From Clostridia bacterium (lineage in GTDB: Bacteria; Bacillota; Clostridia; Oscillospirales; CAG-272): DNA of 45,624 nucleotides. The position numbers were made by a program, and so were the translations under genes. The stretch's first letter is position 1; each line of letters starts with the position of its first letter. A model generated the notes under the pieces. The model saw only the letters and a list, made by a program, of their open reading frames with translations. It ran no database searches and had not been told where the DNA came from. This document shows, in pieces, positions 45,138 to 45,624 of this stretch. Location of the stretch: assembly GCA_024404975.1 (NCBI GenBank), contig JAKSPH010000003.1:1-45624 (forward strand). The letters are read 5' to 3'.

Positions 45138-45230
45138 GTGATGAACCGTCGCTTTTACGGATATTACTACTTTATTTTCGCTTTTGAAAATAAGGTGTTT
45201 TGCGACGTCCGGAAGCATACGTTGGTTTGA
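45138..45230 (+). CDS. Micro-ORF 1, aromatic-rich leader-like peptide (M)MNRRFYGYYYFIFAFENKVFCDVRKHTLV
   Basis: AAGGAG RBS at 45122..45127; GTG 45138 or ATG 45141; TGA 45228..45230; shares a motif with micro-ORF 2. Confidence 0.7.
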   Translation: MMNRRFYGYYYFIFAFENKVFCDVRKHTLV

Positions 45231-45251
45231 CGAGTAGTTCATTCCCGATAT

Positions 45252-45288
45252 GCCGGCGGTTCGCAAGACCGCCGGCTTCTTCTTTTTT
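45252..45288 (+). terminator. Intrinsic terminator/attenuator 1
   Basis: GCCGGCGGT-TCGCAAG-ACCGCCGGC followed by TTCTTCTTTTTT, 21 nt after the micro-ORF 1 stop. Confidence 0.85.
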
Positions 45289-45329
45289 ATTCAGACACCG
45301 CATGAAAACTTTACAGACAGGACAGAACG

Positions 45330-45452
45330 ATGAACACTTTGAATCTTAATCTTTATTACAATTATTTTACTGCCTTTACCTTTGCATATCCGGGTAAAGT
45401 TTTTTGTGTTTTCCGAAAAAACGGACAAGTCGGATGCCGATACCGTCAGTGA
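45330..45452 (+). CDS. Micro-ORF 2, aromatic-rich leader-like peptide MNTLNLNLYYNYFTAFTFAYPGKVFCVFRKNGQVGCRYRQ
   Basis: AGGA RBS 7 nt upstream; shares FxFA[FY]xxKVFCxxRK with micro-ORF 1. Confidence 0.68.
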   Translation: MNTLNLNLYYNYFTAFTFAYPGKVFCVFRKNGQVGCRYRQ

Positions 45453-45467
45453 TCGGCAGAAGATACG

Positions 45468-45504
45468 AACCGCTCGGTGAACACGCCGGGCGGTTTTCTT
45501 TTTT
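45468..45504 (+). terminator. Intrinsic terminator/attenuator 2
   Basis: AACCGCTCGGTG-AACA-CGCCGGGCGGTT (two G:U pairs) followed by TTCTTTTTT, 15 nt after the micro-ORF 2 stop. Confidence 0.8.
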
Positions 45505-45570
45505 CCGCCGTATAAAATCGGGCGGAACCTGCAATGCTTACCAATATTATATTATAAAGGAGAATCCACT

Positions 45571-45624
45571 ATGAAACGCATCCCGTCCCTCATTCTCTCA
45601 GCTGCCTTGGCGGCAAGCGCGGCC
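45571..45624 (+). CDS. 5' end of an exported protein (truncated by the window edge)
   Basis: AAAGGAG RBS; MKRIPSLILSAALAASAA signal-peptide-like start. Confidence 0.65.
   Translation, partial: MKRIPSLILSAALAASAA

Noticed and set aside
45302-45349. 15-aa ORF MKTLQTGQNDEHFES overlapping micro-ORF 2, and track ORF 45072..45266 (-)
   Set aside because: Neither has an RBS or shared motif; the plus-strand peptide pair explains the region better.
45105-45570. Known riboswitch or T-box in the long leader
   Set aside because: No GGTGGnACC T-box and no TPP, SAM, FMN, cobalamin or lysine core motifs were recognisable by eye. An Rfam scan would be needed to exclude them formally.

Overview
A 45.6 kb chromosomal window from a moderately GC-rich, probably spore-forming Bacillota (Clostridia-like). 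The evidence for that assignment is sigmaA-type promoters, a T-box-controlled alaS, spoVFA/spoVFB and an ECF S-component. The first ~20 kb is mostly sugar-acid and carbohydrate catabolism: dgoA-dgoK-dgoD with a divergent AraC, a heparinase II/III-like lyase, a uxuA-like dehydratase, an aldo-keto reductase, three PHP proteins, GH39, and an ABC + DUF1854 pair. It is interrupted by a tRNA-Ile(CAU) with two tandem ~130 bp downstream repeats and an aldolase remnant. Housekeeping genes follow (alaS, MATE, HtrA, spoVFAB, TrkAH, PdxR-like regulator with an ECF S component). Four observations stand out. (1) At the right end, one promoter is followed by two unannotated aromatic-rich micro-ORFs, each ending before its own intrinsic terminator. 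They share F-x-F-A-[FY]-x-x-K-V-F-C-x-x-R-K, written mostly with different synonymous codons, so this is a candidate new tandem leader/arrest-peptide attenuator or small-peptide family. (2) An AT-rich stand-alone 949-aa protein fuses an SF1 helicase, a PD-(D/E)xK nuclease, a DEDDh exonuclease, an excisionase-like HTH and a C-terminal TM anchor. It sits behind a 95-bp duplicated piece of the MATE gene and is a candidate defence protein. (3) An orphan glycyl radical enzyme has unusual GCYE/RVSGW motifs. (4) The tRNA-linked repeats carry both sense and antisense copies of the tRNA 3' end. All calls come from reading motifs by eye; no database searches were run.
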